This document shows, in pieces, positions 39,466 through 54,086 of a DNA stretch of 64,000 nt. Source of the stretch: Piromyces finnis finn (Eukaryota; Fungi; Neocallimastigomycota); NCBI GenBank assembly GCA_002104945.1, contig MCFH01000013.1, positions 558,001-622,000 of the forward strand. Reading direction: 5' to 3'. Below the pieces are notes generated by a model. That model saw only the letters and a program-made list of their open reading frames with translations. It did not search any database and was not told the origin of the DNA. The stretch's first letter is position 1. Each line of letters begins with the position of its first letter. The translations under genes were made by a program, and so were the position numbers.

Positions 39466-42400
39466 ATGAATAATCTTTCAGACTCAGAATCAAAATTGAA
39501 ATCATCCATTGAATATATATCATTGTAATGAAAATTATATATATATCATATATATATAATTAATATTAAAAGTCAAGTTTTCTAATAATATATTTTATAC
39601 TTATTACTATTTTATTAGAACTATAAAAAATTATGAAAATCAATTGAAAACAAAGAGTAATGATCCAAAATTAATTAAATCAATGTAATTTCAATAATTT
39701 ATGTTAATAATTTAATATTATCTTTATCCTTAGTAAATTAATATAATTAAATAACAAAATTATAATTAAAAATAATTAAAAAAAATAGACTTATAGAATT
39801 GAATGAAAAACTTTTATCATTGGATTTGGAATATGCTATTTCTCAAGATACTGATAATAAATTATGGAATTTATTTTATTCAGAAGTGGAATATTGGAGA
39901 ACTTCAATAAATAAAGTATTATTACTAATTATATTATTTCATTTACGCAATAATAATATATTAAAATCCATTCTTTATTTAAATAAACTAAATAATAGTC
40001 TAATAGGAGAAATTCAAGTAGATATATAGAAAATAATTTATGGAAATTTCATAACTATTTAGATAAAATTATCTCCTATTACAAATTACTTAATTTAAAA
40101 TTGGTCCTGAATAAAAAGTATAATAAAAATCAAGGAATAGGTAAAATAGAAAAAAGAATGTATAAGATATTATAGCACAAATAGCAAATGATAAATAACA
40201 ACAACAAAAAAAAAATATTTTACTAATCAAACTAATATCGATTTGTATTATTCAAAAAGATATATTAAAATTAAAAGAACCGAAAAAAATCAATAGGAAT
40301 TCAAGTGAAATATATTTTTATACAGTACATAAAAATTTAATATTTCTTGGAGATATATGTAAGAAGAATTGTTATAATAATAAATGTTTTAGTTGTTATA
40401 ATTATATTAAAAAATGATTTATTAAATAAAAATAAATGTAAAATTACATATAGTGAGATATAAAATGATGTATAATTCATCAGAAGTAAAAGATTGGGAA
40501 GATGCATTAAGTTCGTATAAAAAAGCCTACACGATATTTCCAGATAATGGTAAAACAAATAATAGTTTTAATATATATTCGATGATAAAAAAGTTTTAAA
40601 TTATTTTTTCTTTTCGCTTTAATAACAATCAATATAAATTTTTTTAATAATATATAGGAAAACCACATGCACAAATTGCAATGATTGAAACTTATCGCTA
40701 TAATTATTTAAGTATGATATATTGGTATCTCTTAAGGTAAATAGTTATACTTATAAATAAATATACCATAATAACAATTAATAATTGGAAACAACAAATA
40801 TGTTTTAGTTATATGAAATTTTATCCACATCCAATTGCAAAAGATAATTTGGAAACATTCTTTAAACATATTCTAGAAAAATCACATCCGGCAATGTTTA
40901 TGTAATTAGAAGTGAATATAATTAACATTCAAATTAACATATATCAATTCGATTAAAATTTATAAATAATTTTCTAAATTTTAGAAATCCTAATATAAAA
41001 GAATTATTACTTTTCTTTAAGATTATACATGAAGAAAGAAATATTTCAAGAGATTTTAAAAGTCTTTATATTCATCAGTCCAATTGTTTATCAGATATTA
41101 TTAATGATAGAAATATTCCATTAAGTGATAGAATAAAAATGATTAAAGAAATATATATAATATTAATTGCCTATATAAATTTAATGAATGATAGTTTCAA
41201 AGCTACAGGTATAATTCAATTTATATCATAACTAATTCATAATAGTTACTAATTAATATACCATCATTAAACTATTTATAAATATATATATTAATATATT
41301 TACTCAGAATCAGCATCTATTCGCCAAAATATTAGAAAGCATCAAGCAATATGTATAATTCTATTGTTCGAAAATTTAGCTTCCAATGTTATTTCTCTTA
41401 ATAAAGTTTTAAAGAATGATGATAATTTAACCAATTTCTTGTTTAACAATGAAAATAATGAAAATAATATAATTTTCCAACTTTTAATTCCAATAAGTTT
41501 ATGTTGTATTTGGATTGCTAACAATAATGATATGTTATTAGTTTATGAAAGTTATACAAAGTTTTATGAAGAAAATGAAAAAGTATATTACTACTAAATA
41601 TAATTGTTTAATATAAATTTTAAAATAAGTATTTATATTTTTTTATTTATATATATATATTAATAATTTAATTTGAAAAAAAAAAAATTCTTTTTTATAA
41701 GAGCTATAAAAATTTCAAAGTAGCCATATTTGATTTAGTAAATTATGTAAGTTCAATATCAGAATTTGATGACACTATTGAATACTTGCCAGAGGATTGT
41801 GAATTATTAGGATTTTTACCTTTAAGAAATTATTATTCCTCGATGGATTTCAAGTCGGTTAATCAAATATTAAATAAAGATAAAAGTTTAAATAATAGAA
41901 ATCAATTTTATATAAGATTAGGAAGAATTCAAACTTTCATTAAATTCCTTGTTCAGGTTGATACATTTTATAATATTATAATTACCTTTTTAAAAGTTGA
42001 TTACTCATAAAACAGTTTTCTAATAATCTTTTTACTTGTTTAATAATTTTATATCTTTTTTAACATGAACTACGAACTAAAAGAAATATCCAGAAAAGTA
42101 TAAATACGATGAGACTTTAGAAAAATATATAATATATGATGATGAATATAAAGTAAATTAATATATTTATAATAAAGTAATAAACTATTTTTAATTATAT
42201 ATTAATTTTCTTAATTAATGTATATTTATATATGTGATATAATAAAAGAAAAAAGAAAAATCTAGAATTTCAAAAATGATGGCACAAGAACGTCTAAAAA
42301 AACAAGTTGAAGATTTAAAAGAAATTGCTGTAAAGCAAATGCAACCCTATGTGATTGTTGATGAAAATATTATTCTTAATGATTTACCTTTGTTAAAAAG

Positions 42401-43150
42401 ATGGATTTCATCAGAAACATGCAAAATAGTAATTCCTGTTAATGGTATAGATGATATATAGATATAATATGATATAATATTAAATATATTTCATTAATTT
42501 ACCTAAACGCCTATTTTATCTTATTTTGCAATAAAATAGTAATTAATATTATTGATATTCAGAAAAATGGAAACGCAAAAATTAATACAAGAGCAAGAGA
42601 AGCCATTCGTTTCTTAGAACAATATTCCATTAAACCAAACAAATATTTGAATATACAAAAAAAAGAAGAAAATTGTATAATTAACTATGAGGACTTTTAT
42701 ATATTTAAAGATCAAAAAGAAAATGAAGGAGCAGGAGGTGATAATGATTTATCAACTGATGATGATGAAGAAATAAAGAATATTTTTGAAGATACTAAAG
42801 CTGAAAGTATTAATAATTTATACTGGAATGAAAATGATGAAATTAATGAAAGTATTGATTATTGTCGTAATCATAAGCCTTCCCGTAAATATAGATCCTT
42901 TATTGAATGTATTAATTACTATAATAAAACAGCAAAGACAGAAATTGCACAAATTACAAAAATCAATAATAATATAGAGGACATGAATGAAAGTATATCA
43001 CCATTAATTTTAGTAACCAATAATAGAATATTATTAAAATATTGTGAAATTTATAATATCGATTGTAAATGTATGATATTACAAGACTTTATAAAGTTTA
43101 TGGCTGTAAAACGTCAAGAAAAAAGAAAAAATAATAATAGTTTTAACTAA
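39466..43150 (+). CDS. EST1/SMG5-SMG6-SMG7 family protein (14-3-3-like TPR domain plus C-terminal degenerate PIN domain)
   Basis: LLSLDLEYAISQDTDNKLWNLFY; FLGDI|LRYK..WEDALSSYKKAYTIFPDNG|KPHAQIAMI..ILYWYLL..PIAKDNL (Est1 TPR signature LGDLxRY..P.NG.P.NQLA). Also CELLGFLPL. PIN: YVIVDENIILNDLPLLKRW..IVIPVN|VINIIDIQK..RAREAIRFLE..LILVTNN. Confidence 0.88.
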
Positions 43151-43220
43151 TAATAATCTTTACTAATAATAATTAAAATAAAAAATTTAATTTCAATATA
43201 TTTAATTTTTATTTTAAATT

Positions 43221-43224
<4 letters not shown>

Positions 43225-43281
<57 letters not shown>

Positions 43282-43360
43282 GATACTACACTACTACTAC
43301 TACCACTACTACCACTACTACTACTACTATTATTATTATTATTGTTATTGTTATTATTAT
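43225..43360. repeat. Compound (TTA)n/(CTA)n/(CCA) microsatellite 3' of the SMG-family gene
   Basis: ttattatta run switching to actactaccact and back. Confidence 0.85.
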
Positions 43361-43754
43361 AGTGTATTTTTTAGTTTTTAGTTTGTTTTAAATTTTGTAA
43401 AAATTATTAAAAAAAAAAATCCACATTATATTCTGTATAATAAAAATTTATTAAATAAAATTTCGTTTAAAAAAAGATTTTTATAATAAAAAATTAATTT
43501 ATTTTTATTGTTTTCATGTTTTAAAATAAATGATAATCACAAATTTCAAAATTTAACAAATATTTATACTTTTATAATATATTTATAATTAATAATTAAT
43601 TTGAATTGATATAAAATAATAAACATAATTTATATTAAAAAGTAGAACCTTTTATCTTATATTCAAATTTAATTATTTATTTACAAGTAATATAATAAAA
43701 ATATATTTAAAAAAGTAGCAACCATACTATTTTATCTTTTTTTTTCAAATAAAA

Positions 43755-45147
43755 ATGAATACCACCGATATTACAAATAATGAAGCACAGCCTAGTGAAA
43801 CTCAAGTAATAACACCAGATTTAGATGCACCTATTTTTTTTATTGAGGATAAAAGAGGCCAAGGTACGAAATTTATTTTACTTTTTAATTAAAATTAATT
43901 TAAAAATAAAATATTAATCAATTCATATTTTCAAATATATAAAATATATATATATATATTTTTAAAAAAAAATAATAAAAAAAAATAAAAATAAAAACAA
44001 AACAATATATGGATGATTGTAAACATCTATATTAATGTAAAATTAATATATAAAGATTATGAACCAATTAGAAATTCAAGAAAAAAGTTAACAGGAGACA
44101 TGGATTTAATTTCACATTTCGGATTATATTATCTATATGAAATGTCAAAATACAAAAAAGTTGATGACAATTCAAATTTCCAATCTTATATAAATGATTT
44201 ACCAAGTAATATAATTGTTATTAATATAGTTGATATAATTTTATCATAAAGATTTCTAACAATATCAATTGAATTTTTTAAATTTAAATTAATATAAAAA
44301 AATGACAATAACAAAAATTGCAATTCTTTTAATAACTTTAGTAAAAGAAATAATAAAAAATACTAAATTAAGAGATTTAGTAATAGCTCAACCAACTCAA
44401 AAAATACCAGTAGTTCCAATTGACCAAGAAATTTTGGACACTGCATATACCTTAAAAGTTGGCCCATTTCCACAGGATGATAGTGTAAATTTTAAATTTT
44501 AAATAGTAATTCAGTAAAAACAAACTATAATCGAAAAGTTTTGAATACAACCAATAAAAGAAATATTAAATTTTCTATATATATATATATATTAAAGTTA
44601 GATACTTCTTTCTTTTCAGATCGTAAAAAAAAATTAGAAGCTCAAAAAAAGGATGAAAAAATAAAACAAGATAATGAGAGTACTTCAATAGACAATAAAG
44701 GATCAAAAGTTACTTTAAAAATAAGTAATTATCTAGAATTTTATTATATACATATAAATATTGAAATGTAATTAGTAATTTATTATATAATTTGATATTT
44801 TTAATTATTAGATATGTCATATAATGATTATGAAAATCCGAAAAGAAAGGTAATAATTAATAAATAGTTTTATATTTATTGAATAAAAATAAAAACATAT
44901 TAAATAAAATATTTAATAAATTAGAGGAGCTATACTATGGATCCTGAAGAAAGTGAAAAGTTAAAAAAGAAGCACAAGAAAAAAAAGGTATAATATATAT
45001 AATAATAATATAATAATCTTATTGTTTTTATTATTATAATTACAAATATATAAAAATACTAAACAATTTATCTTTTTTTTAAATAATAATAATAATAATA
45101 ATTTATATATATAGTATAGAATGGATGAATATCCTTCAAATATTTAA
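43755..45147 (+). CDS. MED19: Mediator of RNA polymerase II transcription subunit 19; multi-exon
   Basis: KLTGDMDLISHFGLYYLYE..FQSYINDLP..LRDLVIAQP..YTLKVGPFP, resembling recalled metazoan MED19 ELTGSTNLITHYNL..FLPDLPG..LRSLIEKP..FRLHTGPLP. Lys-rich C-terminus KLKKKHKKKK|YRMDEYPSNI-stop. Confidence 0.8.
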
Positions 45148-45419
45148 TTATTTATATTTAATAAAAAATATAATTTTACATGTATTTTTATATTCTTATA
45201 TATTAGAAATAGAATTATAAAACAAAGGATCTATTTGACTACCTAAAAACAATATCTTATTTATTTAATTTAAAAAACCATATTTATTTATGTAAATAAT
45301 AAAAAAATAAAAATATAAAAAATAATAAAAATTGAGATTATAAATAATAATGATGGTAAGATATGTAATTGATTATTCAGTTTTATTATAAATATAATAT
45401 AATAATTTTTGTTGTTGTG

Positions 45420-45455
<36 letters not shown>

Positions 45456-45957
45456 TTTACATTTGGAACAAAAAGTTACACTTGAAATTAAATTTGAAAA
45501 AAAAAATATTAATCTTTTATAATACAAATTCTTATAACCTATTTACTTTATATAAAAATGAAAGAGTATTTAACAAATTTAAGTTTTGTATTAATAATCT
45601 AAATATTATAATTTTTCGAAGGTTTAAAAACATTAAATATTAAACTTGAATTTTGAGAAATAAACTGTTTGAAATGTATTAAATAGAGTTAATAAAAAAA
45701 AAATTCAAAAATAATAAAACTCTATTTCATTTATATATAATAATAAAATTAGTTTTTATTTTTATCATTCTCTATATTTTATTTAAAAGTATAAAATATA
45801 GTGTTAAATATTATAATTAATATTAAGTTTTTATGACATTTTGAAAGGTTTGGATTATTACAATTTTGGCTAATAATAAGACATAAAAGAATAAAGATAA
45901 TTATTTATGATATTAACATAAAATCTAATAAGTCCTTAAATAAAAATATAATATAAG

Positions 45958-46065
45958 ATGTATCAAAGAAAAAACAAAGATAGTAATGAAGATGGAGAGG
46001 TAATTAGCATAAAATAAAGATAAAATCGAGAAAAAAAAATAAATGAAATTATATAAATCTAAAAA

Positions 46066-46100
<35 letters not shown>

Positions 46101-49043
46101 AAGGAAATATATCAAAAAAAAAAAAAAAAAGAAGTCATTAAATGATAAATATATTATGTATTTCTATTGATAAATTAATAGGTTATATCAATAACATATG
46201 AAGATATTGATCAAATACCAAGCAGAGTATTTAAAGTAAAAAGTTTAACAGCATTAAATTTAAGGTAATTTTTTAAGGGATAATCATATAAAACTAATTA
46301 ATACAAAAAAAAAAAAAGCAATTTTATCCTTGGAAAAAAACAAATTACTCTAACATTTACTAAACATTTATAAAAAAAATATAAAAATATAATTAAACAT
46401 GATATTTATTATCTGTGCTTTAAAAGTCATAACAAATTATCAGGAATTCCTCAAGATATAACCCAACTTAAAAAGCTTCAAAACTTAACAGTAAAGTAGG
46501 TTGACACAGCTTTTTTTATATAAAAATGAAAAATTAAACTAAACTAAATTACATTTCTTTTATATTATCCATAATTTTAATAATTGCTTATATGAAATTC
46601 AAATGAAAAAATAATAATAATATTATTATTATTAATATATTGTAATAGTTATAATTTATTATCTCAATTAGCAAACTTATCGAAATTATCCAATCTTCAT
46701 TCATTATCTTTAGCAGGAAATCAATTAACTGACAAAGAGATAGACTCAAGTGGTTTGTCGAATTTACATTTACAATCATTAAACTTAGCTAAAAATCAAT
46801 TAAACTGTATTCCGAAATCAATATTTTCTATCAAAACGTAATTCTTTATTTAAATATAATGAAAATTATAACTGAAATTAATAAATAATAATAATGAAGA
46901 CATTTTGATTATTGGTTTATATTCCTAAAAATATTATAATATAAAATATAATTACATTTTCAATATACATTTTATCTATATAAATATACATATATATATA
47001 TAGTTTAACAAAATTAGTTGTTTCTGATAATAAAATATCAGATATACCAGATCAATTTTCAAATTTAATTAATCTTGTAAGAATTAAAAATTTATTTAGA
47101 GAAAAATATTTTTAAAATTGAAAATTTTTAAAATTCTCAAATAATGAAATTAAATCGTACATATTATTTCTTTTTTCAATTTTATAAATATTTAAAACAG
47201 AAATTTTTGGGTTTGAATAATAATGAATTTAAATCAATACCGAAATGTATTCTCGGGTTACCATGCTTAAAAGGTATTATTTTAAAAATAATAATAATAA
47301 TAATAAATTTTAATATCCGTAATATTAAATATTATTTATATTTAAAATAATAATAATATTTTAATATTTTAATACATTATATAGGATTATCAATATCCGG
47401 AAATCCATTTGAAGATGAAGTTGATGCAATATATAGTTTAAGAAATTGTGCCCAAATTATAAGTACATATTATATTAGAAAAAACTGAATAAATATATGA
47501 TAATTTAATAATTTTTCATATTTTATATAAAAAAAAACTAAAAATCATTAGATTCTACAGTAGATTCTAATGCTATAAATGCAAAGATTCAACTCATTCA
47601 AAAGGCATCACATAATAGTACAGGTAATAATATATTTGATATAATATATTTAAAATATATTATATCAATAAAAAAATCACTATAAAACTATTTATTAAAT
47701 TATTGTTTTCTATTTTATATTAATAATTATTTCAATATAATAAAAAAATTATTCTTATATAAAAAAAAAAAGTTATTGATAGATCCAATACTGATATTTC
47801 AGATATTAGTAAGCATGTTAGTAAAGCTATATTTAATCTTCCAGAAATTATACCGGTTAATCATCATATATCTCAAATGAGTTCATTTAACCGTTCACCA
47901 TCAGCAACGTCAATAAATTCACACTCACAAGAAGATAGTGAATTCTTTAAGAGATTTAGACAATTAGAAGAGGAATCTATAATGAGTGGTATTAATAATG
48001 CTGCAAGTAGTTATAGTATTTCACATGAATCGCTTAATAGTGATAGTCCATGTGAAAATAAATTAATGGCAGCAAGTAAAAATTCATCAGTAATGTCACT
48101 ACCAAAAATATCATCACCATTAGTTCAAGAAGAAGCAGCTTTATTAAAATTAGAAGCAATAGTAAACAGTACATATGATGGAAATTTAAACAATGAATTT
48201 ATTGAATCAAAAAAAAATAAATCTTCGGTTAATGGTTCAACAGAAATTTGTGATGAGGAATACAGTAGAAAATCAAGTGTAGATGAGGATCAAGCTTATA
48301 TGATTAAAACACCTACTAGTCATCAAGCAAATGGTGATATAAATGATATGAATTTACAAAATATATGTGAAGAAAGTGATAGTTTAATGAATTTAAATAA
48401 AAATATTGGAAAACATAAAACACAAATATATAATATGGATAATTTTGTTCCAAGAAGAAAGAATTCAGCAGTTCGTCAATCTCTCATTAATCCCAAAGTT
48501 GAAAATACTACTAATAATGTAGTTATATGTCAAGGATGTAATCAAGAAATTGGTAATAGTGATTATATTGAAGCATTAAATGGTGTATGGCACACTTATT
48601 GCTTTAAATGCAAAGTAAGTGAAATTATCATATTAAAGTTTTTTTTAAAATCTAATATATCTTTATATACTTAATTATAACTTATTATTATTATTATTGA
48701 AATATCCTTTTTTTAAAAAAAATAGAAATGTGGTAAAGTTTTAGAAGTTACATTCTATGAAGTTGATAATGAACCTTATTGTGAACAACACTATACTGAA
48801 GATGAAAATTTGTATTGTGCAGAATGTAAACAATTAATTGTTGATACTTTTATTGACTTTGATGGTAAATATTATCATGAAGATCATTTTGTTTGTTCCA
48901 AATGTAAAACAACCCTTTCGGGAAAACAATGCTATATAATTGAAATAGAAAATGAAAATGGAGAAAAAATACAGCAAGTATATTGTGAACAGTGTTCACA
49001 AGAGAATGAAGATGAAGGAATTGAAAATGATAATGAAAATTAG
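45958..49043 (+). CDS. Leucine-rich-repeat plus two-LIM-domain protein
   Basis: About 7 LRRs over small exons (LTALNLSHNKLSGIPQDI, LQNLTVNYNLLSQL, LHSLSLAGNQLTD, LQSLNLAKNQLNCIP, LTKLVVSDNKISDIP, LKFLGLNNNEFKSIP, LKGLSISGNPF). Ser-rich linker, then LIM1 CQGC..WHTYCFKCK|KCGK..YCEQH and LIM2 CAEC..YHEDHFVCSKC..YCEQC. The start at 45958 is tentative. Confidence 0.85.
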
Positions 49044-49743
49044 GCAATACATATATATTTAATATATTATTATATTGTAATGCTTAGTTTTTTTTTTAAT
49101 TATATTTAAAAATAATAATTATTAAAAGTATTTTTATTAGTACTATTGTACTTTATTTTGAAAATCAAGTATAATTAAAAAAAAAAATTGTTTTTTATAC
49201 TTTTAGAATTTATTATTATTTTTTTTTTTTTATTTTATTTTATTATGATTAATTTTATTTTATTTTATATATTAATATTAAATAACTAAAAATTATTAAA
49301 ATATTTTCTTGACATAATGAAAGTAATATCGTTAAACATCTAAAATATATTTATATTTATATAAATATTTTTTATATAGTATTATAAAAATATTTCGAAT
49401 TATTTAAATAAAAAATTTGGTGTAATTTTTTTTTTGACTTTGTGTAGTTTTAAGGAAAAATAAATAACTAAATTAATTTTTAATTAATTATATTTAATAA
49501 ATTAATTAAAAAAAAAAAAAAGTATAAATATTAATAAGACTATGGATACTTCATCTGTTTAAAAAAAAATAATTAATTAATATTTTAAATAAGATAAATT
49601 TAAATTTAAAATATAAAACTTAATAATAAATAAAAATATCAATAGTTAACAAAAAATAGATATAATAATATTATATCAAGAATATTAAACCTTTCAACAA
49701 TATATAATAAAATTATATAATTTTTTTTTACTAAAAAGGAAAA

Positions 49744-51033
49744 ATGAGTATTGATTTAAGTAAATTCCCAGACAATTATGTCAATTGTTATAAATATTTA
49801 TACGACAAGCTTCCAAACGAACTCAAAAGTGTCAAAATGGCAATTGTTTGTGGTAGTGGATTAAATAATTTAGCTGATAAAATTAAAAACACCGTCACAT
49901 TTGACTACAAAGTAATTATAAAATTTTTAAATTCAAATATAAATGAATTTGGAAACAATTGAATAAATATTTTAATATATATATAGAGAGAGAAAAAAAA
50001 AGAAAAAACAAAAAACAGAAAACTTAATAATTCAATTATTTAAATTACCTTTTTTTTTTTTTAATAATAATAATTAATAAAAAGGATATTCCAGGATTTG
50101 CAGTTAGTACTGTTGCAGGTCATCGTGGTAAATTAGTATTTGGTATTCTTGCTAATTCACCAGTAGTATGTATGGTTGGAAGATTCCATTTCTATGAAGG
50201 TAGAAAAATAAGCAAAGTACACATATATATACACGCAAAATAAAAATATTAATATTTTAAAGTTTTTTTTTTTTTTTTTTAGTTTATTATTATTTTATTA
50301 ATTTTATAAATATTATATGTATATATATATTAACTTTATGTAATTTTATACAATATAATACTATAAAATAATACTAAATAAATAAAAATATTTAGGTCAT
50401 TCAGCTCAAAAAGTTTCCTTCCCAATAAGAATTTTTAGAATGTTTGGTGCTAAAGTATTAGTTTTAACAAATGCTGCTGGTGGTTTAAATCCAAATTATA
50501 ATACTGGAGATTTAGTTATCATTCGTGATCATGTTTCCTTCTTAAACTTTACCGGTTCTAATCCACTTATTGGACAAAATGAATCTATATTTGGAGAGCG
50601 TTTTCCACCAATGTTAAATGTATATAATCATCATTTACGTTATCTTTTCACACAAGCTGCAGCTCAATGTAATTATACCAACTTAAAAGAAGGTACTTAT
50701 ATTTGTTTAAGTGGACCAAGTTATGAAACACCAGCAGAAGCTCGTTTCTTCAGCACTATTGGTGATGTTGTCGGTATGAGTACTGCACCAGAAGCTACTG
50801 TTGGTAACCATTGTGGAATGCAAGTCATTGGTATTAGTTTAGTCACAAATATGGTTAATCAAAAGCCAACACTTTCATCCTTTAAATCACCTGAAGAAAT
50901 AGCAGCTCAAAATTATGAAGCTCCAACTATTTCACATGCTGAAGTTATTGAAGTTGGAAATCAAAAAGCTAAAATACTAGAAGGTATTGTTGAAAAATTT
51001 ACTGAAATTCTTGAACAAAATAATTTTGAATAA
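49744..51033 (+). CDS. PNP1: Purine nucleoside phosphorylase (trimeric eukaryotic type); 3 exons
   Basis: AIVCGSGL, STVAGHRGKLVFG, GRFHFYE|GH, TNAAGGLNP, GPSYETPAE, VGMSTAPE, ISLVTN, HAEV motifs. Confidence 0.97.
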
Positions 51034-51574
51034 ATTGTATAAAATATTATCATGGTAAATATTTATAATGTAAATATATTATGTAAATTATTAAAAATAA
51101 TAATAGTGATGATGATAATGATGATTTTCAAGGAATAAAGAAATCTTGTTTTTAAATAAAAAAAAAAAAAAAAAAAAGCAATAAAATAAAATTTTATAAA
51201 ATAAAAAATAAAAATAAAAATAAAAACTAATATATTTAATTATAAAATGGATTTTATAACGGATTTTATTTTTGTTCTGTTAAATATATTATTATTTTAA
51301 TTAAGCCTAATTATTCATATATATAAAATAATAATTATATTTATAAAAAGTATGATAATAAAATTTTTTATAAATTTGAAAAATTTTTTAATGAATTTAT
51401 TATTTAAAAAAAAATAAACAACTTAATAATTAATTAATAAATAAGAAAGAAAAATAAATTCATTAAAAAAAAATAATAAATCTTTAGGTTTAAATTAGTA
51501 TTAATTTCAATATATTATATATAATATGAAAAGAATGGTATTAATACGTTTGTAATTCTGATTTTAACAATGAT

Positions 51575-52187
51575 TTATTGGAAAGCTATACCAGCTCTTT
51601 TTGCTTCAGCAACTCTTGTTGTACTACTAAAACCAGTACCTTCTCTTTCTAATTCAATCATATCTTTTTCCTTATTTTTCTTCTCACAAAGCATACATTT
51701 TTGAGACTTTAATAAAAATTTCTTTTTACAATCATTACAAAATACATGACCACAATTTTTTAATACTATTAGACGTGTACCATTTGTAAAGGTTTTAACA
51801 CAGCATGGACAATTATATATAACTTCTTTTTTTCCTGTTGAAGTCAATGCTTCCTTAGCTATAGAAAAATTGACTGGAATTAATTTCTTTATACTAATTC
51901 AAGTAATGATTATTAAAAATAATAATAATAATAGTTAGTTAAACTAAACTCATTTAAAATAATAATAATTTAAATTGCTATAGTATTATAATAATTTAAA
52001 AAAACAGTTCTTTTAATTATATATTTACTTTATTTTATGTGGTTTTTCACCAGCATAGCACTGTGGATGTAAATCTGCTTTTTTAATTTGTTCTGGATTA
52101 TTTTCTGGGGTTAAATCAGGCTTTATTATATATTAATAATAATTTTTTAGTCTATTTAATTCCAAATCTTTTTACTTTTAATCTTTT

Positions 52188-52224
<37 letters not shown>

Positions 52225-53215
52225 ACAATCCAAAAACAGTTCATATTATTATTTGATTTGTTCTAATAATATCGATAAAAGTCATACAAATTAGATAATA
52301 AAAAAAGTTTTATTGTTATTTACTGATAATTACTTTATCTAAATAATAGGGTTTATTTTTAATTAAATAAAAAAGTTTACATTTTGCTTTTCAATAATTT
52401 CAAGTGCAATTTTCTTTTCTCTCTCTGAAGCGGATATATCTTTCAATTCATTTTCTATATTACGTATCATCATATAAATTTTTTTTATTATATTTTAAAA
52501 TGATAATAATGTAATTAGCTCCATAGTTTTGTTATATATAAAAATGAATATTCATTTATTTATCTATTTATTATTGAAAAAATAAAATAATAATAATAAT
52601 TGATATACCATTTATATTAACTTGAGCTTTTAATGGTTTTACTTCTAAATAACTATTTTGTGTTTTTTCAAATTGTTTTATTAATAAATCTTGTGCCATC
52701 TGATCCTTTCTTATTTTTTCATTCTTTCAAATATTTTAAAAAACGATATATTAATTATTATTAGTTTATTGATATTGTTATGATTATTTTTTTTTTTTTT
52801 TCTTAGAAATATATATAATAATAATAAAAAAATAATAGTAATTTATTAATGTAAATTTAAATTATAATTTTAATTCTTTATCTTAGAAATAAAAGGAAAA
52901 TAAGACTTGATATACCTTAATCTCATCTTGTTGAATTTCATGAAGTTTATTTTGTCTTGCAATTTCTTTCTTTTGTGTTAATATCTTTGTATATATATAT
53001 CATTAATAATATATATTAATAATTCTATAGAAAGTTTTTATTTTTATCTATATAAAATTATCTTTCCTTTTAAAATTACTTACACTTTCATATATACATT
53101 CTTTACACATTAAATGACCTTTAGGGCTATAAATATTAAAATAAAATTATAATGAATTTAATAAACATGAATATTATATATGTTGTTTTATTTCTTTTTG
53201 TTTCACTTTTTTATA

Positions 53216-53249
<34 letters not shown>

Positions 53250-54086
53250 TAATAATTATTATTACCATATCATAGGTGACCTTGCTTTTTGTAAGCATAA
53301 AAAGCAAGCATCAAAATCACGTAATGATTCTCTACCTACACGTAACTTTATATCAAATATTTAACCAATATATAATTAATAAATACTGGAATTTTTTATT
53401 TTATTTTATTTTATTTTTTTGGGGGGAGGGGAGTTCTTTACATTACAAAATTAATATAATAGTCATTATATAATTTTATTTTCTATATTTCCATATAATT
53501 CTTTTAATTAATAAATATACCTTTTGTGTACCATAATTTAATTTTTGCCTTTCAGCATAGGTGAAGAAACCAAGAGCTTTTTAAGTACATTTATTTTTAT
53601 TTATAAAAAAAAAAGTATATGTATATATATAATTTTTTTTAAAATTTGATTATTTAATAATTCTTTTTAAAATACATTTTATTACAAATGTCTTAATAAT
53701 GTTGATGTACAATAAAAGAAATTATATATATTAATGCATTTAAATATATATACCTGTGTTGTTTTTCGAATGTCTTTATAAATAGTTTTTAATATATATA
53801 TATGTTTGTTTGTTTGTTTGTTTTGTTTTGTTTTATTTTTTTCAATGTTTATTACATTTTAAAATTATATTAAAAATAATAATATTGTTAACATAATACT
53901 ATATAGAGCATTTAAATAATAATAATAATATATATAATAAAAATAAAAAAAAAAAAAAAAAAAAGAGAAAAAATAAACATGTATAATCATATTTTCAATC
54001 GAATTTTAAAATACAATTCTTTAACTTTGGAATATGATACTATTAATTTATATTCCTTATTTAATATAATTTATTTACCTAGACAT
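51575..54086 (-). CDS. NOSIP: Nitric oxide synthase-interacting protein homolog (U-box/RING-like E3 ligase, spliceosome associated); many small exons
   Basis: MSR|HSKNNT|ALGFFTYAERQKLNYGTQK|LRVGRESLRDFDACFLCLQKARSPMIC|PKGHLMCKECIYES. C-terminal RING CPCCVKTFTN..LKNCGHVFCNDC..CMLC..LEREGTGFS. Confidence 0.93.
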
